A stretch of DNA of 64,000 nucleotides from Octopus sinensis (GCF_006345805.1 NC_043003.1:76384001-76448000), one strand, 5' to 3'; positions 25,409-40,425 are shown, counted from the stretch's first letter. Notes: a model not told the origin generated them from the sequence alone. Program-made: numbers and translations.

Positions 25409-25595
25409 ATCTTTTAGCCTTTAATTCAGTAGACTATGGCCATGCTGGGGTTCCACCTTGAAACGATTGTGTCAAACGAATCGACCCCTGTACTTATTTC
25501 CTTTAAAAGTTTGATACACTTCTGTCGGTCTCTTTTACTGCACCTCTAAGTAATGGAAGTGCAAACAAATCATTGGCGGTGAAGCGGTGGGCAGA
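25409..25595 (-). mobile_element. SINE family 1, 3' half
   Basis: ggccatgctggggttccaccttg...aatcgacccc...acttatt...ctgtcggtctctttt is the reverse of the family 1 tail. Confidence 0.65.
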
Positions 25596-26209
25596 TAGAC
25601 TTAAACACAAAATAACACACGGATGTGTGTGAGAGTGCGTGCGTGCGCGTGTGTGTATGGGTGTGTGTGGGTGTGTGTGTAACGTGACAGTTGTACCGTT
25701 TTTCAGGGTAACGTTGAAATACATAATCTTACGTATTTTCCGTGATAAGACATCGTAGCATAATTGAAGGAGAATTTGACTGTTTTGTCTGAAATGTTGA
25801 GCCTTGTTGGCTGGTTAGCAAAGCTCTGCAAGTAACATTTTGCCGCCTTGTTCCTAAACTAGTATTCGTTATCATCTTGTATCTTTGAAATGCGGCAAGT
25901 TACAAAATTGTTAGCGTTAGTGGCGTAATTTCTTGCTGTAATTGCTTGTGCGGTCCTACTGTATGAGTTCGAATGATTTGTTGAGTAGATTAACAATAAG
26001 GTATTTCTTTCCATCAGCGATTCTGCTACATTCTTTTGTTTTTACAACATAAGAGTCACAGCATAATCTGCAGCTTTTTTCCTGAAAATATCTGGTAACA
26101 ATTATTATTTTTATCATTAAGGCCACAGCTGGCTGAATTGACAATTAGCTAGGGCTGACGTAAATTACTAATTGCTTACTCTCAAAATTTCAGTTCTTGT
26201 GCCACAATC

Positions 26210-26390
26210 GGTTTCAAATTTTGACACAAAGCCAGTAAGTTCGGGAGAATGAGTAAGTCTACTACATCGTTTTCAGAGCTCCAATGGTACTTATTCCGAA
26301 AGGATAATAGGCAAATTTGAACTCAGAACACAAAGAGAGGTGAAATGCAGCTCAGCATTTTTCCTGTCGTGCTAACGACTCTGCCACTCC
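26210..26390 (-). mobile_element. SINE family 2 (diverged)
   Basis: ggtttcaaattttgacacaaagccag...aaatttgaactcagaac...gtgctaacgactctgcc. Confidence 0.75.
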
Positions 26391-26416
26391 TTGTGCTAAT
26401 ATTAGAAATAATTAAA

Positions 26417-26625
26417 GTCGACGAGCTGGCAGAGTCGTTAGCACGTCGGGCGTAGCGGCATTCCATCCATCCTTACGTTCCGGGTTCACATTCCGCCGAG
26501 ATCGACGTTGGGATTTACCTTTTCGGGATCGATGAAATAAATACATACTGAGTCCTGGGGTCAATTTAATTGACTAGCTTCCTCTCTCAAATTTACTGGC
26601 CTTGTACCAAAATCTGAAACTAATA
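26417..26625 (+). mobile_element. SINE family 2, full length
   Basis: gagctggcagagtcgttagcacg...cgttccgggttcacattccgccgag...ggccttgtaccaaaatctgaaac. An extra 3' fragment follows at 26697-26770. Confidence 0.85.
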
Positions 26626-28014
26626 TTAGAAATAGGTATTAATGCGTTTCGGGTAGCATGTTTCCAGCATTCTATCGTTGAAATAGTTATCCGTTGATCA
26701 CTGGGGTCAATGTAACCCAGTCGTTCTCCTACTCTAAATTACTGGTCTTGTGCCAAAATTCGAAAACCATTATCTTTTGATTTGTATTTCAGAAAACAAA
26801 TTTTGTATAGGGTAATCTATACATGATAACAAACTGTGAGATAAATGGTGTGTTGATTTTTCCGCTGTAAAGGAACTTAACTGTGCCAAACAGCGTAGTG
26901 TGTGGCAGTAAATTGTAAATGGATTGCCAAGTCTTTCGCGTAGGCAGAAACAAGCATGCTGTCATCTAGCACATTAGATGGAAGAGGGTATACGTAACAG
27001 GGAATACAAACTGAAATCAGCCTGCAGAATCCGGTAGGCTTAGGAAGGCCCCCAAGGCAGGATAGTTCATTCCCCATAAATAGAACTTCTTTCACTGCTG
27101 TCGGTATCTTTTCTTTTTCGTACATGCATAGTTTTTTATTGCTTTTCATGTTTTAGATTTTTTTCCATCTCTTCTTCTTAATGTACATGTAGAAACTAAC
27201 GTATGTGTTTCAAGTAATTTCTTACAAAATGTCTTGCATATATGTTAAGACCCCTCTGGCCAATAAAGAAAAATATTTTGATGCAAAAAGAGTCCTTGTT
27301 ATTCTTGATGTTATTGTTGTTTCTATATTTACGTAGTCTATGTTTATATTTGCATAATATTTTCTAACGCAATTTATTGTATCTACATTGTATTTCGTTT
27401 GGCATCGCAGCAAATAAAGAAAAGATTATTATTAATGTTGTTCTTGTTGTTGTTGTTAGTGGTGGTGGGGGGTAGTAGTGGTAGTACTAGCAGCAGCAGT
27501 AGCTGTCCGTTACAAAAATAACTGTAAAATTGTTTATTTTATGATGTCTTTTAATTTTCTTTTTGCCTTTGCTATAAAATTTTTTCCTTATCTTTTTTGT
27601 TACTTAAATATCTCCATCAACTGTTCCTGCTCCTGAATTAATTTTATAATACATTTGTTATTATCTCTTATTGCTCCTCACGTCTTTTCAGTTATCAGTC
27701 TGTTTGTCACCAGTTAGTTGACTTAATGTAATGATTTTGCTGTTCCATTTAACGCACCACGTCCCAAAATATATTTTATGTTCGTAGTTTGTTCTTATAT
27801 TTTTTTCTTTGATAGGTTTTAAAATAAAATCAATGACGACGATTTTCTAGATCTTTGCACGTTTAGCTTACACTTCACATAATTTTTTCAGCAACCTCTT
27901 ACATTATCAATGTTAAGTCAATGTTTGTAATGATACGCCATGTCGATCGCCTTGACATATAATTCTTGCAAGATCAGCTCAACTCGACAGCTACTATAAA
28001 TAGGTACAACTTAC

Positions 28015-28095
28015 GAATGCAGTGAAGGAAAACAATGATATGATTAACATGCCTTTGTAAAATGTTCAGCACACAGTTCAATATTGCTGCTTCAT
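28015..28095 (-). CDS. Candidate 81-nt internal exon (phase 1-1), product unknown
   Basis: Acceptor ttctatttcag, donor C|gtaagt, open as xEAAILNCVLNILQRHVNHIIVFLHCI. No family recognised. Confidence 0.25.
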
Positions 28096-29460
28096 CTGAA
28101 ATAGAATGCTTTTCACGTTTATCAAATAAATATATTTCAAACCCATAGCTCGGACAGTCCTACAGCTGCACACACAAAACGCCAAAATGCTGATTGTTAT
28201 CTTCATAATTCTTCTGCAGCTACTATAACTGATCCTTCTATTCACAAATAACAAACTGCAACGGCATATTTCCTTAGCAACCTTATTTAACTTTCTCTAC
28301 CTCATCTTCTTTCTGGTTTTCAACTGTCACATCTCCGTACTAAATTGTTTGCTTTTCATATTTGGTTAGTTATGGAATGAACATAATAAGCATTTCGAAT
28401 GAAAAAAAAGCATTCAGCTATTCTGTGCTCTGATGTCGGACCACATCTTGCAACACTGAACGCTATTCTGTTACTTTCTTAGAAAATAAAATAGTTATTT
28501 GCAATTATGCTTAAATCTTCTTCCTGGACTCCTTTTCAGTAGTCATTTCTCGTTCACTTTTTCTCAACAGATCAGAACAAACAGCGGTTTCAGGCAGAAC
28601 ATGCAACTGCGAAGACATCAAAAATTTGGATAGTGAAGGTTGTAAATGTCTTAGGTGCCAAATTTTTTCTTCCTTTCATTAAATCATGTTTTCTGAAATA
28701 GCTTCAATGACAAATATCTGGTTTAAATGCGGACAATCGATTAAATTAATCTTAATATTTCTCTGATATTTTTCTTGATTTTAAATTGACGAAAATCAAT
28801 ATCGTAAAGCAGGTATCTTTTTATCTTTCATGCAGTACGGAATGTAGCGCCCATGACTCGACGACCTCTGAGACTGTTGGGATGGAGAAATATACTCTCA
28901 AGTGGGAAACATGATTCAAATTCTTGCACCAGAGATGTGCCTAAAGACACCTATTATGCAGATAGTGTTGCTAAACACTAAAATGGGTAGGTCTACTACA
29001 CTAATAGGCTATTGCGGGATTTGAACTCATAACACAAAAAAGACGGTAGAAATACTGCAAGGCATCATCTGTTCTGACCTTCTTTCAGCTTCAACAATCC
29101 ACTGACTTGAATTGGTACTTTATCGATGCTGAAACGATGAAAGACAACTTTAGGAAAATATACTGCGACGCATTCTGTCCAACTTTCAGTTCATTCTGCC
29201 ATTACACTGCCTTGATCACAGTAATGTAAGCAAATAATGCGATACATTCATCACTTTACCTTCTTTAATTTTTATTATTCTTGTTTCTGTAATTGGATTG
29301 CAGTTTTGCTCGAGCATCACCTTCATAGAGCAATAACTTTAATAAATATTGACCATCAGTAATAGTATATCAATTTTGCTATCTATTTTCTTTATTTGAT
29401 ACGTATTAAAACCAAATTTCATATACAAGTGATTAAACTCAAATGAATTATCATATGTGA

Positions 29461-29677
29461 GAGGCGCAGAGTAAGCAGAATCATTACCCCGTGCAACAAA
29501 ATGCTTCGGAGAATTTCGTACGTCTTGATGCTCTGGGTTCAAATTCCACCGATTTCGACGTTGACCTTCATTCATTCGGCCTCAACAAATTAAGTACTAA
29601 TTGAGTCCTGAGGTCGATGTAATCAACTTAACGCCTCCCCCGAAACTGCTGGCCTTGTGCCAAAATTTGAAGCCAAT
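29461..29677 (+). mobile_element. SINE family 2, diverged full length
   Basis: ctctgggttcaaattccaccg...gaggtcgatgtaatcaact...ctggccttgtgccaaaatttgaagccaat. Confidence 0.8.
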
Positions 29678-30475
29678 ATTTATTATATGGACTGTGAACA
29701 GAAGAAAAGCCATACCGATTATGTGTGGGATTTGAACTCGATACCGAAAGGATGGGGAAAAAAATTATAATGCATTTAATTCGATAACCTACGAATTGCC
29801 AATAAATCAATTCATATATTTAGATTTGGATATATATTTATATGCATTTGTGTATATCCATATGTGCGCTTCAATATTCTTAACAATATTACATTGCTCA
29901 TAATACTGGAATATTTTAATGTTCTTTTATTCCTACTTTGTTTCTTATTGTATCTATTCTTGCATTTATTTTCTTTTTCACTTTCTTATATTTCTTGTTT
30001 TTTTTATTTACCCCTTCCTTTTTCCTTATTCCTTCTTCCTTTTATCTCTTTTCCTATTTTCTTTTAGTCTTCTCTAATGTTCTTCGGCATTTTCACTTTT
30101 AACTGCCTATGGATAAGTATTCCGATTTCTTTTATGATCGATGCCAAGAACAGTATAAATCATACGATGTTTCCAATCACTTTTATATTCGCTTTACTAG
30201 CAAAGACAAACCGATCAAATTTCTCTTTGTGATAAATTTTTGAAAAAAAATTAACATTTTCTCATCGTAAAACATCTGACCTCTGGTCTACAACAGTAAG
30301 CTCTCAATCAAACATCTAAAACGTCTGTTAGGTCGAAGGAAAGTTATAGGAGCAAACATACTTAAGTAACATTAAAGATGTTTAAGGTTAAAGGTTCTTC
30401 ATTCACGTCAAATTTTTCTTCCTTTAGAATATCTAGCGAGTGCCATCTTTGTAAATCCAACGATACTAGATAAGC

Positions 30476-30571
<96 letters not shown>

Positions 30572-32176
30572 GTGTGTGTGAGTGAGTGTGTGTGTATAAG
30601 TGTGTGTGTGTGTGTGTGAGTGTGTATAAGTTATGTATATGTGTGCATATGTCTATTTTTTTCTTGTGTTAACCCTTTTTAATGAGTGTTCGCATGGAGA
30701 ATGAGAATGAATGCATATGTAAGTGAATGATAGATTGACAGTGTCTGGTATGTCGGTGATATGGGTGTGAGATAGGATAAAGAGCATATGGTTAAGAATA
30801 GCAAACTAGGAGAAGAAGAATGTAAACAAAGGTATAATTACGAGGAAATTGTTAAAATACAAATATTGAGTTGGTTAAAGTAAAGAAAACTGACAAAATA
30901 TTGCGATAGTGAAACAATTACTTGCCTAACGAAAAAAGCAACAATTATTTGTGAAATGACAGATCATTTCGACTATGCTACAGGTACATCCGTATTATCT
31001 GTTTCTTACACCATATTTTAGTGCAGGCAAGCACAATCATCCTGTAATTTACTCAAACAAACGAACATTGTCTCTAAAAGTAGATCGCAATGAAGTAATA
31101 TCGGAAAAAGAGATTTCTAACATATACATAAGGACTAGGTTCATAGTATGGGTGATTTGATCTGCGCTATTACTTGGCTCGTGTCATTTTATCAATCATA
31201 TAAGTATGAATATCTTTATCGCTGCAGGGCTGGTTTGAACTCCAAACTTAGGTAGGTGTAATCAAATGCAGCAACTCAGTTTTGCGGGCGTTCTGCCATT
31301 TCTACTGATACCTTTCAATGAACGTATTAAAATATTTATGCCTACAACTTTTCAGCTTCCAAATGGAAAGTTTGAATAAATAAATACTAAATAAATAAAT
31401 AAACACATGCTGATATATAAATACATGAATTGGTGGAAGTCGTCCAATATATTTTTATAAAGTTAGTATGACTAAAAGCCAAAGTAGTTTGCAGAAATAA
31501 ATTGCAACTCCATTCATACATTGTATCTAAAATATATTACTATAATTAGAATTTTAAAAAATATGATTGCTGATCATTGAAGCACAATAACTACAACTGC
31601 ATGAACATTATTCACTATATAACTTTTACCAATTTAGACTGGTCACCATAAGACATTCATTTACAGAAGTTCTTTCCGTATTAACTTTGATTTCCTTTTT
31701 TTTTTATTATTTTTATCGATTTTTGCTTATTGGACTGCGGGCATATTGAAGCACCACATGAATGCATATTTAGTAGATTATAATAACTCTCTCTACCTGG
31801 TATTTAGATTATCATACTTTAAGTGATGAAATAAAGAGTTAGCCAGGACTGAAGTTGAACTCAAAACGTACAAGAACGTTGTAATCTCCGATTTTACGCG
31901 AACTCTAACTGTCAACGAAGGAATATATAATCTTCCGGCATAGAAATATTTTAATTTCCAAAATCCTGATGGACATTGAATCATCAGATGAAAAATCATC
32001 GAAAAAGAATTTTAGATATCTGTACCTTGCAGAAATCCAATCATCAGATGACATAGCAAGGAAAGATATTTAGAATTTCAATTTTTTGCCTAAAGTAAAA
32101 TTGCCATATTTTAAACCAGGAATAAGAATTAAAAACCAAGAATCTTGCGGAGAGAAAAGTGTCAGCCGACATATAT

Positions 32177-32301
<125 letters not shown>

Positions 32302-32315
32302 TGTATGTATGTATG

Positions 32316-32373
<58 letters not shown>

Positions 32374-33779
32374 CATACATACATACACCCACACCACTTT
32401 CTTTAATTTCATGATTCTTGCCGGGAAGATCTCGTTTATGTTTAAAATCCGCTAAATTTAAAAGACTTGCCAAAATATTAGATGTTATCATTCGTTCTTT
32501 TTTCTTCTTTGAGAATTCATTGTCGTCTCATATATCTACATTATGCTAGAGTTACTAGTGTAAAACTGAAATAGTTCTGGAGCATGATGTTTGTGATAAA
32601 TATTACGAGACACGCGAATATAATTGCATATAATATAAATTTGGATATTTAAAAACTAATATAAGACGAAATGCATCAGATAGAATTTTTGCTATGCATC
32701 ATATCCCTTCTTCAATTAATTATTTGTCTTCAACTTAAGTTCACCTTTTGTTGCGTTAAGTTATTTGTGACAGATTTAGAGAAATATCATACTAATTGTC
32801 CCAGAGTTTTGTCCTCTTACAATATTAATTCAGACCCAGTTGGGTGCATATTTGCCTTCAGTTCCTCAATGTTAATCAACTTTATAGTTAAGTGATGAAC
32901 ATCAACCATGCATTATATCAACATTATTAAAATGTCGATGTTATCCCTGCTGTTTTTCATGACTAGAAATGAACACGGTAATTATTCTCTTCGCCATAGT
33001 CGTAATTTAAAATGATTAAATTTTCTTGACTAACTAAATGAAATATGCTAACGTCAGTTCGAGCATTATCCTTCAGGATTCCAGGAGTGAATCTGAGACT
33101 GGACTGATAACCAGTCATAAAATCATCTTAATTTAATTGACCGGAATCGATATCTTAACAGAATTCAATAAAATTTCAAATTTCAATTTTATTTGAGTTA
33201 ATGTTTGCTTTCGTTTTGCTTTGTTTTTTTTTCAGTTTAAGTAAACAGCATTACTGTCACAACATTCTATGAAGTTTATATATCTCTGGGCCCCTGAAAC
33301 GAAATTTATATACTATTTTACATGTACGGTAGAACTGGAAAAGGAAATTGTGCTTGGATGAATATTTTACTGCGTCTTATTGAGTAGCCGTCATAAATTC
33401 AGTCATTATAAATCTACGGTGCCTAAGCTATGGATAACTGCATAATGTTGAAAGATTTACAAGGGCCAAATATTTTGCCTTGCTGCTCGTTCATACATAT
33501 ATAATACAATAAAACATTCTGAGACATATATATCCTTCATCACAAATTTTGCAGTAAATAAAACATAGCAAAAGTTTCCTTAAGTAAAGTATTCTGAATT
33601 TTTTATTTTTATTTAAATATTAACAAAATGACAATCAATTTTCAGGGACATTATTGCATTTACGAGGTTCATTCAGGAAATTTTGAGATTTTTAATAGGA
33701 GAGGCAGTTATAACTATCCTATACTATTGTACTTACACCAATAAACTAACTTGTTCAGTTTTTTTTAATTCCAGATTAA

Positions 33780-34400
33780 AGGTGATGGTTGTAACAATAC
33801 TTTCAACACGCCCTACTAATCGATGCTTGTCACAGCTAAATAGATTTTAGAATGCAGTCGGAATGTGGAGAGAATTTGGAATTTCACTATGTCACGAAAG
33901 TTTGTGTTTAGCCGAGAAAAATAGCTACAGAAAATTATGAAATGCACCCGACTATAAATTGCAAGTCCACCAGGAAGCTCATGATGAACCTCATTTTGGA
34001 TCGCTAGGGCATTATCAACAGCCACTGAGATACCTCTGACCAGATGATCAACAACGTACTTTCTGAGAGTTTTGACGGAGATCAGGATGAGCTTTTGTCG
34101 CAAAAAGTCAGTACTCTTCAACTCGGCTAGTTGGCACCTGGACTAGGACGAAACACCAATCAGCAATTAATTCCTGGCACAGAGATTGGCAGCAAAACTG
34201 TTCCTAACGTTCAGTAGAGCCCAGACTGTGATTCCCATTATTTTTGGTTGTTTTTCAGGACAGTCGATTAGGACAGGACAGTCGACCTTCATATTGGAAG
34301 ACTTCTATATGGCCTTCACCAAAAGGCTTTGTTGCTGCAACAAATACTTTGTAGTCATAGGATTCTATTTCGACGAAAATTAGTTTTTTACTTCTTTGAA
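33780..34400 (+). pseudogene. Highly decayed mariner (irritans-like) catalytic region
   Basis: STRKLMMNLILDR*GII...DQMINN (cf. SAGKVMATVFWDxxGII...GQTIN), with a PDLAPSD-like remnant near 34218. Confidence 0.5.
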
Positions 34401-35489
34401 ATTAATAAACGTTTCTCCAGAAAAAGTGTGAAAACTTCTAGACGGTACCAATATATTTCTTGTAGAGTAGGCCTAGATAGAGAGAGACACACTGGCAATG
34501 ACACACTCAATTTTTTTTAGACGTCAGTCAGTTCATATTCATTAAAACAATATATTTGTAGACGTTTCGGGATTTACTTAAATTATTGCATTAACCATTT
34601 TTTTATCAAGAAAAGGATACATTGACTCTATGCAATTAATATGTAAATAAATCCTTGGTTGCTTTTCTGCTGAACATTCTTCTCTTCTAATTCCTCTCAA
34701 GGTCACTAATCAAGAGACTCGTCTTTCTTCTAATTCCCATTCGCTCACTGTTCTCTTCTTTAAGAAGTGTTTCTATTCCAATAGTTTAATCCCCTCGAGG
34801 TTCTCTGACCTATGGAGCCCTGATGATTCCACTTGATTTCGAGGTAAAATCGATCGCAATACTTAAAATCCAACACCATCTTTTTATGACTCTTAGAGAA
34901 ATTTCACATTATATATTTTCTTGTGTTTTTATTTCTAATTTATAACATTCTCCGATGCTTCATGCTTAATTCTTTGACTACTGAAGTATATCCACTCAAA
35001 ATTTTGTTACTTTTAACTGTTGAAGGAAGTTTGTATACCAGTCTAACCTTTGTTGTGGAATGTCATATTTGCAACGTTTTGTTGCGATATGTCAAGTTTA
35101 TTGAGGCATTGTGACTTGCAGAAAATTCCAATCATATTTTTGCTAGATATTTATTACCATTGCTGGAATAATCACGAATTATATTTTCGCAGTTAAAGGA
35201 CATATCACATATTGATTCACGCCGCCTTGTGAGTAAATTCCAATTGAATAAATTCTGACTCACCGGATTCATGATCAAAGTATTCCGACCATAACTACGA
35301 GTCCGGCACTCGGGCGCCATATATGCAATGTTAAAATAGGCCATTTTGATCAAAAAGAGTGGAATCTCATTCAATTGAGCTTTGGTTGACATTACTAGCA
35401 GTTTCAGCTAGCAACATACTGGCTTGAGTGCTTGGTTGATGCTAATGAGGGGGAGAGAGATACGGTAGTAGTAATTGTTGCAAACGCCG

Positions 35490-35795
35490 TGGTGGTGATG
35501 GTGGTGACGGCGGTGGTGGTGGTGGTGGTGGTGGTGGGGGTGGTGTTAAGAAGAGTTTAAGTAATTTAGGTTTCATTGTTGATTTTCAAGATGTTAGTAA
35601 TATTCTTATCACCATTGACGATGCTGCTGCTGCTGAAGATGGTGCTGATGATGATGATGATGATAATGATGATGATGATGATGATGATGATAATGATGGC
35701 GACGATGACGACCACGACGACGATGACGATGACGATGACGACGGTGAAGGATGTGAGGACGATGACGATGAGGAGGACGACTATGATGATGATTA
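35490..35795. repeat. (GGT)n and (GAT/GAC)n trinucleotide low-complexity tracts
   Basis: Directly visible; source of the poly-M/H/I ORFs. Confidence 0.95.
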
Positions 35796-36384
35796 AACGA
35801 CACGGGAATATTCCTTGTTCGTTCTGACAAAGGAAATCTGGGATTCTCAATTCTTTTCTTTCTCTCCTTGACATGATGTAGAAAAGAAGGAAGCAAAAAG
35901 GAACAAAGTAAGTGAAATGAAATGAAACAGTAAAACAAACGTAAATGTTGAGAAAAACACAAAGAAAAACAAAGATAGAACAAATAAAAAATGCAAAATT
36001 GCATAAAGAAGGAAGGAAGGAAGGAGGAAAGAAAGGAAGACAGTAATGATAGAACAAATATAAAGAAAGAAATAGAAACCATGCTAAAATTCTGTGACAT
36101 CTCGAAATGGCAGAGAAACGGAATATATTTCCGTTGACGAACAGGATAAATCGTGGAAAGTGAGAAAAGAATAACAGAAATAGAATTTTCTGAAAGGATA
36201 GGTTTGTGAAACAGAGACATCGAGCAAGAAGACAAGACATGCAGCAATTGCTGTAGAATTGAGTTAATCTAGAGAAAAACATGGTGACATACCGAACGCT
36301 ATAGAATGATGCATACATACACACATCTGTGTGATACATACATACGACGTACATACGTACAAACACATACATACACACGTGTAC

Positions 36385-36386
<2 letters not shown>

Positions 36387-36475
<89 letters not shown>

Positions 36476-36485
36476 TAATAATAAC
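36387..36485. repeat. (AAT)n microsatellite
   Basis: About 30 near-perfect units. Confidence 0.97.
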
Positions 36486-36499
36486 TATTATCATTATTA

Positions 36500-36533
<34 letters not shown>

Positions 36534-36576
36534 TATATACATACGAATTTAAATAATAGTAGGCAAACAATAATGC

Positions 36577-36627
<51 letters not shown>

Positions 36628-38029
36628 ATTTGTATGAATGTATATTTACGAGTTCACAGGTGTATTTGAGTGTGGACTTTAGTGCATAAAGTATCAATGT
36701 GTATGGCTCAGAGATTGTGCCATCTGTTTATTCTTCCCGGAAAACCGTTCTTAACATTGAACATTGCCTGGTCGTTTCCTCAAATCGATACTACCCTCCA
36801 TGATGAGAGACCGATTCCCATTTCTTGAGATATATTGAGTTTCATATGAAAACTTCATAGCTTCATAATATACCTTTGTAGGAAATTTGAAATGTAAATT
36901 AAAGAGTATTTTACATTACAAAACATGCTCTGGAGTTATTATTTCCGTGTGCTTAAGCACAGTATTTACCTGAAAAAAGAATACCACGTACACCTACTCT
37001 GCTGGAGGATTAATGAATTTTTGTAGTGTGAAAGTTTATAGAATCATATACTGAAGATGATAGAAAAAAACAAAACAAAGAACTTTTAAGTTTTATTACC
37101 TTATAAATAATATTTTCCATTTTTCTTTTTCTATAACGCAACTTTTAATCACTGGAAAAGAATAATGGGAATAAAGAACTGAAGGTTTTAGAATTTTTGT
37201 TTATACCTTAAATTTAAACTTTCAGCCTTTCAAAATGCATTCATGAGAATAGAACATTCAAAGCGTTATTGTTACTCTATGGTTTGAAAATGGAATCCCT
37301 ATCAGGGAAATAATAATTCTAGCACATAAAAAGTGCTATAAAATCGTCTTTTGCAATTCAAATTTCAAGTGTAAACATACAAATATTCGCTGAAAATATA
37401 TGAACATATAAAGAATTATGAAACGGTTGTCTGTGTGTGGTACAAAAAGTGAACGTGATCTTTTATAGTAAATAATTGCTCTAATGCTTAGAAAAATAGA
37501 TAAATAATGGTAACTATATATATCAAAGGAATCGCATGAAAGGCAGAGAAAGAATTGGATGATGTTGATTAACGAGCTGGGCTATTGTATGTTAAATGTC
37601 TTCTTATGTGCATGCATGCAAATTAATCCTTCGGTAAGATAGGCACCGTTGCCAAATACGTATTGTAGTAACGATATCATGACAGGAACACTGTAATATA
37701 TTATTTAGTGTTCAAAACCCCAACGAAAATGTTGGCTACATGTCTCAATAGTTGCATACGTCTGTGACTAACATGTATTTTAAAATTGTCAGTTATACAG
37801 TCCAGAATTGTAGGCAAAAAAGATCAAATATTTGTGATCTGCACGGTCGATCTGGATTGGGATCTTATGCAACGGTCTGGTAATTGAAACGAGAAAGCAT
37901 TGTTCCCGACACACCAAGACTACAGAGACCAGATTAGCTAGAATTATCTAAATAACAAATGCCTGGTAACCCCGAGAAAGCGAGTGTGGCGTCAATAATG
38001 TGGAGTAAAGTATACTGATAGAGAAAAAT

Positions 38030-38400
38030 AAAATGGGAGGAATTCTGAAGAGACGATTAGACAGTGCATCACATCCGACGTGATTGCAACGATACTGGTG
38101 TTTGACCAATTCTTCAAAGAGAATTACGAAGGCTGTATTGTCAAAGCTAATGCACATACTCTAAGCAAGAAGGCAGCGAAAGCTTTGATTGACCGCTGGT
38201 GTCCATATTATTCTACACCAAGTATTGCTTTTCAGTAGCACTTTGTTCGACAGCTTAGGATGAATGGAGTACTGGAAGGCAAGATGGAGTTCAGTGCCTA
38301 CCAAGACATTCTGCCATATCTCGACAACATATAGTGAGTGTTGCTAAACGTTCATAAGTGCCACGGAGATATGGAAGAGATGCTTTACTGCACAGAGATC
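38030..38400 (+). pseudogene. Possible decayed Gypsy-type integrase fragment
   Basis: TILVFDQFFK...AAKALIDRWCPYYSTPSI resembles LVxVDxFTK...AxALxxxWxxxYGxPxxI; stops follow. Confidence 0.3.
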
Positions 38401-39211
38401 AAAACATCAAGTCTGGATGTGTATCGTAAAATTTTTCCGGATTTCTTTATATACATTGAAGCAAACGTCTAATAAAACTGAAGCATTTCTAGTCCTCCGA
38501 GTTGTAAACCTGCTGAGAAGATTGATCATTTTCCGTCCATGACTGTTGAACGCAGATTGTAACATTTTGTAACATTTTGCCCAAGTGTTTGCTAAGAGGT
38601 TGGTATTTTTCATAGTTGCAGAGCCAGTGGATACTTGCAATAGATGAAGCTTAGGGGAAAAAAAACCCAGAAACCCAAATTTAGCAGTGCCACCACAGGT
38701 TGCTGGGTGATTTTCGTCAGCTGGTGATAATATAATTCTGTGTTTTTTATCGACGTACATCTGATAGAGCTAGTAGTGCATGTTACGACGTGTAGTATAT
38801 GGGTCTATGTAAACAAAGCGACCGAAGATAGGAAAAATGGGTAATGGTGTATATGCATATTTCAAAAGTTATTGTTCTTTCATCAACACTGCATCCACAG
38901 TAGATGACTCAAGGACCGTGAAGTGCGTAATAAATACAACGCACGATATCTCGGTCTTTGAGTCAGTCTGCAACTTCATCGATTGCTAATAAAATCCGTT
39001 TTCAATTCTGGTTTCCTGCTGGTATAACCCCCCACTCTCTCTCTTTATACAACACATATACATGTACATATATACAGGTAATGTACTTGTAGTCTCTCTA
39101 GACCGAGAATATATGTAAGATAGAGAGTGAGAGAAAGAGAACGAGAGAAGAGAGGTTTAATTATGCAAACAGGAAAACAGAACCGAAACAGTTTTTTTTT
39201 TAGAAACTTAC

Positions 39212-39323
39212 AAAATATCACATTTCAGTTTCAGCACAAACTCCCCTGCCTCTCCCTGAATCCTAACTAACAAACAACTATATTTTGTTTCCAAACTAGT
39301 CAAATAGACAGACCCCGGCGGAG
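39212..39323 (-). CDS. Candidate 112-nt exon (phase 1-2)
   Basis: Acceptor gatttttctgtgcag, donor T|gtaagt, open as xPPGSVYLTSLETKYSCLLVRIQGEAGEFVLKLKCDI. Phase-compatible with the exon at 43571-43751. Confidence 0.3.
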
Positions 39324-39488
39324 CTGCACAGAAAAATCATGCCCCGTTGCATGTAATTAGCGTCGTGGAAAAAAGTGTAGGCTGTAAACAACCATAAAAA
39401 TATGTTGTACGAAATTGTAAAATAAGAGTATGTAAATTTTGAGGATTAACACGCTTTCATATTTTATATAGCTGTAATTATTGCTGTA

Positions 39489-39750
39489 GAGGCGCAATGC
39501 CCCAGTGGCTAGGGCAGCTGACTCGCCGTCGGAGGATCACGGTTTCGATTCCCAGACCGGGCGCTGTGTGTGTTTATTGAACGAAAACACCTAAAGCTCC
39601 ACGAGGCTTGGGCAGTGGGTGATGGTGATCCCTGTTGTACTCCTTTGCCCCAACTTTCTCTCACTCTCTCGCTCTCTTCCTGTTTCTTGAGTAACGTCCA
39701 GCTGGTGGGGAACACATAAGCCACAGACACCGGGCTAGAAAAGGGCGCAT
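39489..39750 (+). mobile_element. tRNA-derived SINE family 4
   Basis: gaggcgcaatgccccagtggctagggc (A-box-like) and ggtttcgattccc (B-box-like), followed by a purine/pyrimidine-biased body. Confidence 0.75.
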
Positions 39751-39935
39751 AAGTAAATAATAATAATTATTGCTAATATACATTCAAGATTGTATTACCA
39801 TCAGTAGAAGCAAACATGGGGTTACCCATCGTAGAAATTTGCAGCATTAGTAACAATTACTAGTGGCCATAGGCATTAAATACTAATCGATGTGGTTATC
39901 CGTAATCTGGAACATATCTGAGAGCCAGCTCGGTA

Positions 39936-39937
<2 letters not shown>

Positions 39938-39994
<57 letters not shown>

Positions 39995-40153
39995 TGGATG
40001 GATGGATGGATGGATGGATGGGTGGATGGATGGATGGATGGATGGATGGACGGACGGACGGACGGACGGACGGACGGACGGATGGATGGATGGACGGACG
40101 GACGGACGGACGGACGGACGGACGGATGAATGGACGGACGGACGGACAGACGG
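39938..40153. repeat. (GA)n then (GATG)n/(GACG)n compound microsatellite
   Basis: Directly visible. Confidence 0.95.
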
Positions 40154-40339
40154 ATGGTGCTTAAATGTGGATAGCCATTCAAGAAAAGATCGAGATGCTT
40201 AAGAAACTTGATCTCGTATATATAGCATTCTAGTAGTATTTAGTAACGTCTCAGTAACTACTACAGTTAGTTTTAACAAATTCGATTTTTGCAATACTCA
40301 GTTATACCCGCGTATAAAATTTAGTTTCGACATTGTCAG

Positions 40340-40372
40340 ACTACTACTACTACAACTACTATTACTAGTTTT

Positions 40373-40411
<39 letters not shown>

Positions 40412-40425
40412 TAGTAGTAGTAGTA

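Noticed and set aside
34556-34620. gacgtttcgg (reverse CCGAAACGUC), hammerhead-like
   Set aside because: No matching CUGANGA or stem II found nearby.
35566-36570. 334-aa and 212-aa minus-strand ORFs
   Set aside because: Span (AAT)n, (TA)n and (GAT)n repeats plus purine-biased sequence; compositional artefacts.
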